DNA from: Callorhinchus milii
Lineage: Eukaryota
Reading direction: 5' to 3'
Assembly (NCBI RefSeq): GCF_018977255.1
Contig: NW_024704743.1
Location: 56,422,001-56,486,000 of the forward strand
DNA: 64,000 nucleotides
This document shows, in pieces, positions 63,686-64,000 of the stretch (position 1 is its first letter; the number at the start of each line of letters is the position of its first letter). A program made the translations under genes and the position numbers. The notes below the pieces were generated by a model. It worked only from the letters and a program-made list of their open reading frames with translations. It had not been told where the DNA came from and did not search any database.

Positions 63686-64000
63686 TCTAAAGATGAAGCT
63701 TTATGAATTGTCTTGTAAGATGCCAGTGATGTGATGATGGCAGATGCTGATAGTAGCGATCTTTACCTGTTTATAATTCTGCTGTACATTTAACCCTAGG
63801 ATCAACCACAGAGATTAGATTTTTAGAACCAACTGTTCCGTGAACTGAATTCTTTCCTTTAAGATGAGATTAAACAATGAGCAAACCTAGAAAGCAACAG
63901 TGTTAAGTTTACTCACTTTTAAAGCTGTATAGATTGCAGGTCCTAGTATTTTGCTAACAAAAAAAAGGGTACTCTACTCTTACATGACTCTTGTTCACAG

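Overview
Eukaryotic (vertebrate) genomic DNA, not prokaryotic. The repeat content (tRNA-head and Deu-domain SINEs, L2 and CR1 LINE 3' fragments) suggests a cartilaginous fish, possibly a chimaera such as Callorhinchus; that is an inference. Two genes lie on the + strand in the order known from other vertebrates. First comes the last coding exon of DGKB (6739-6834) with a long, repeat-poor 3' UTR. Then comes the 5' half of ETV1/ER81: promoter at about 23.1-25.5 kb and six coding exons (25595-25639, 26799-26886, 27971-28018, 36287-36340, 58762-58891, 60630-60818) that splice into 184 in-frame codons. The ETS domain lies beyond the window. Almost all ORFs in the supplied track are spurious. The best signals are: (1) an internal alternative first coding exon of ETV1 (MLQDLSASVFYPACSQHRSL, 28577-28637) missing from the ORF track; (2) a dense cluster of Capicua-type TGAATGAA octamers in the ETV1 promoter, with smaller distal and intronic clusters; (3) UGCAUG and miRNA 8-mer sites in the DGKB 3' UTR; (4) inverted L2 copies flanking ETV1 exons; (5) SINE families sharing an L2 3' stem-loop tail. 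I found no evidence of a wholly new biological system. Comparisons with human proteins and repeat consensus sequences are from memory and need alignment. Repeat boundaries are approximate.
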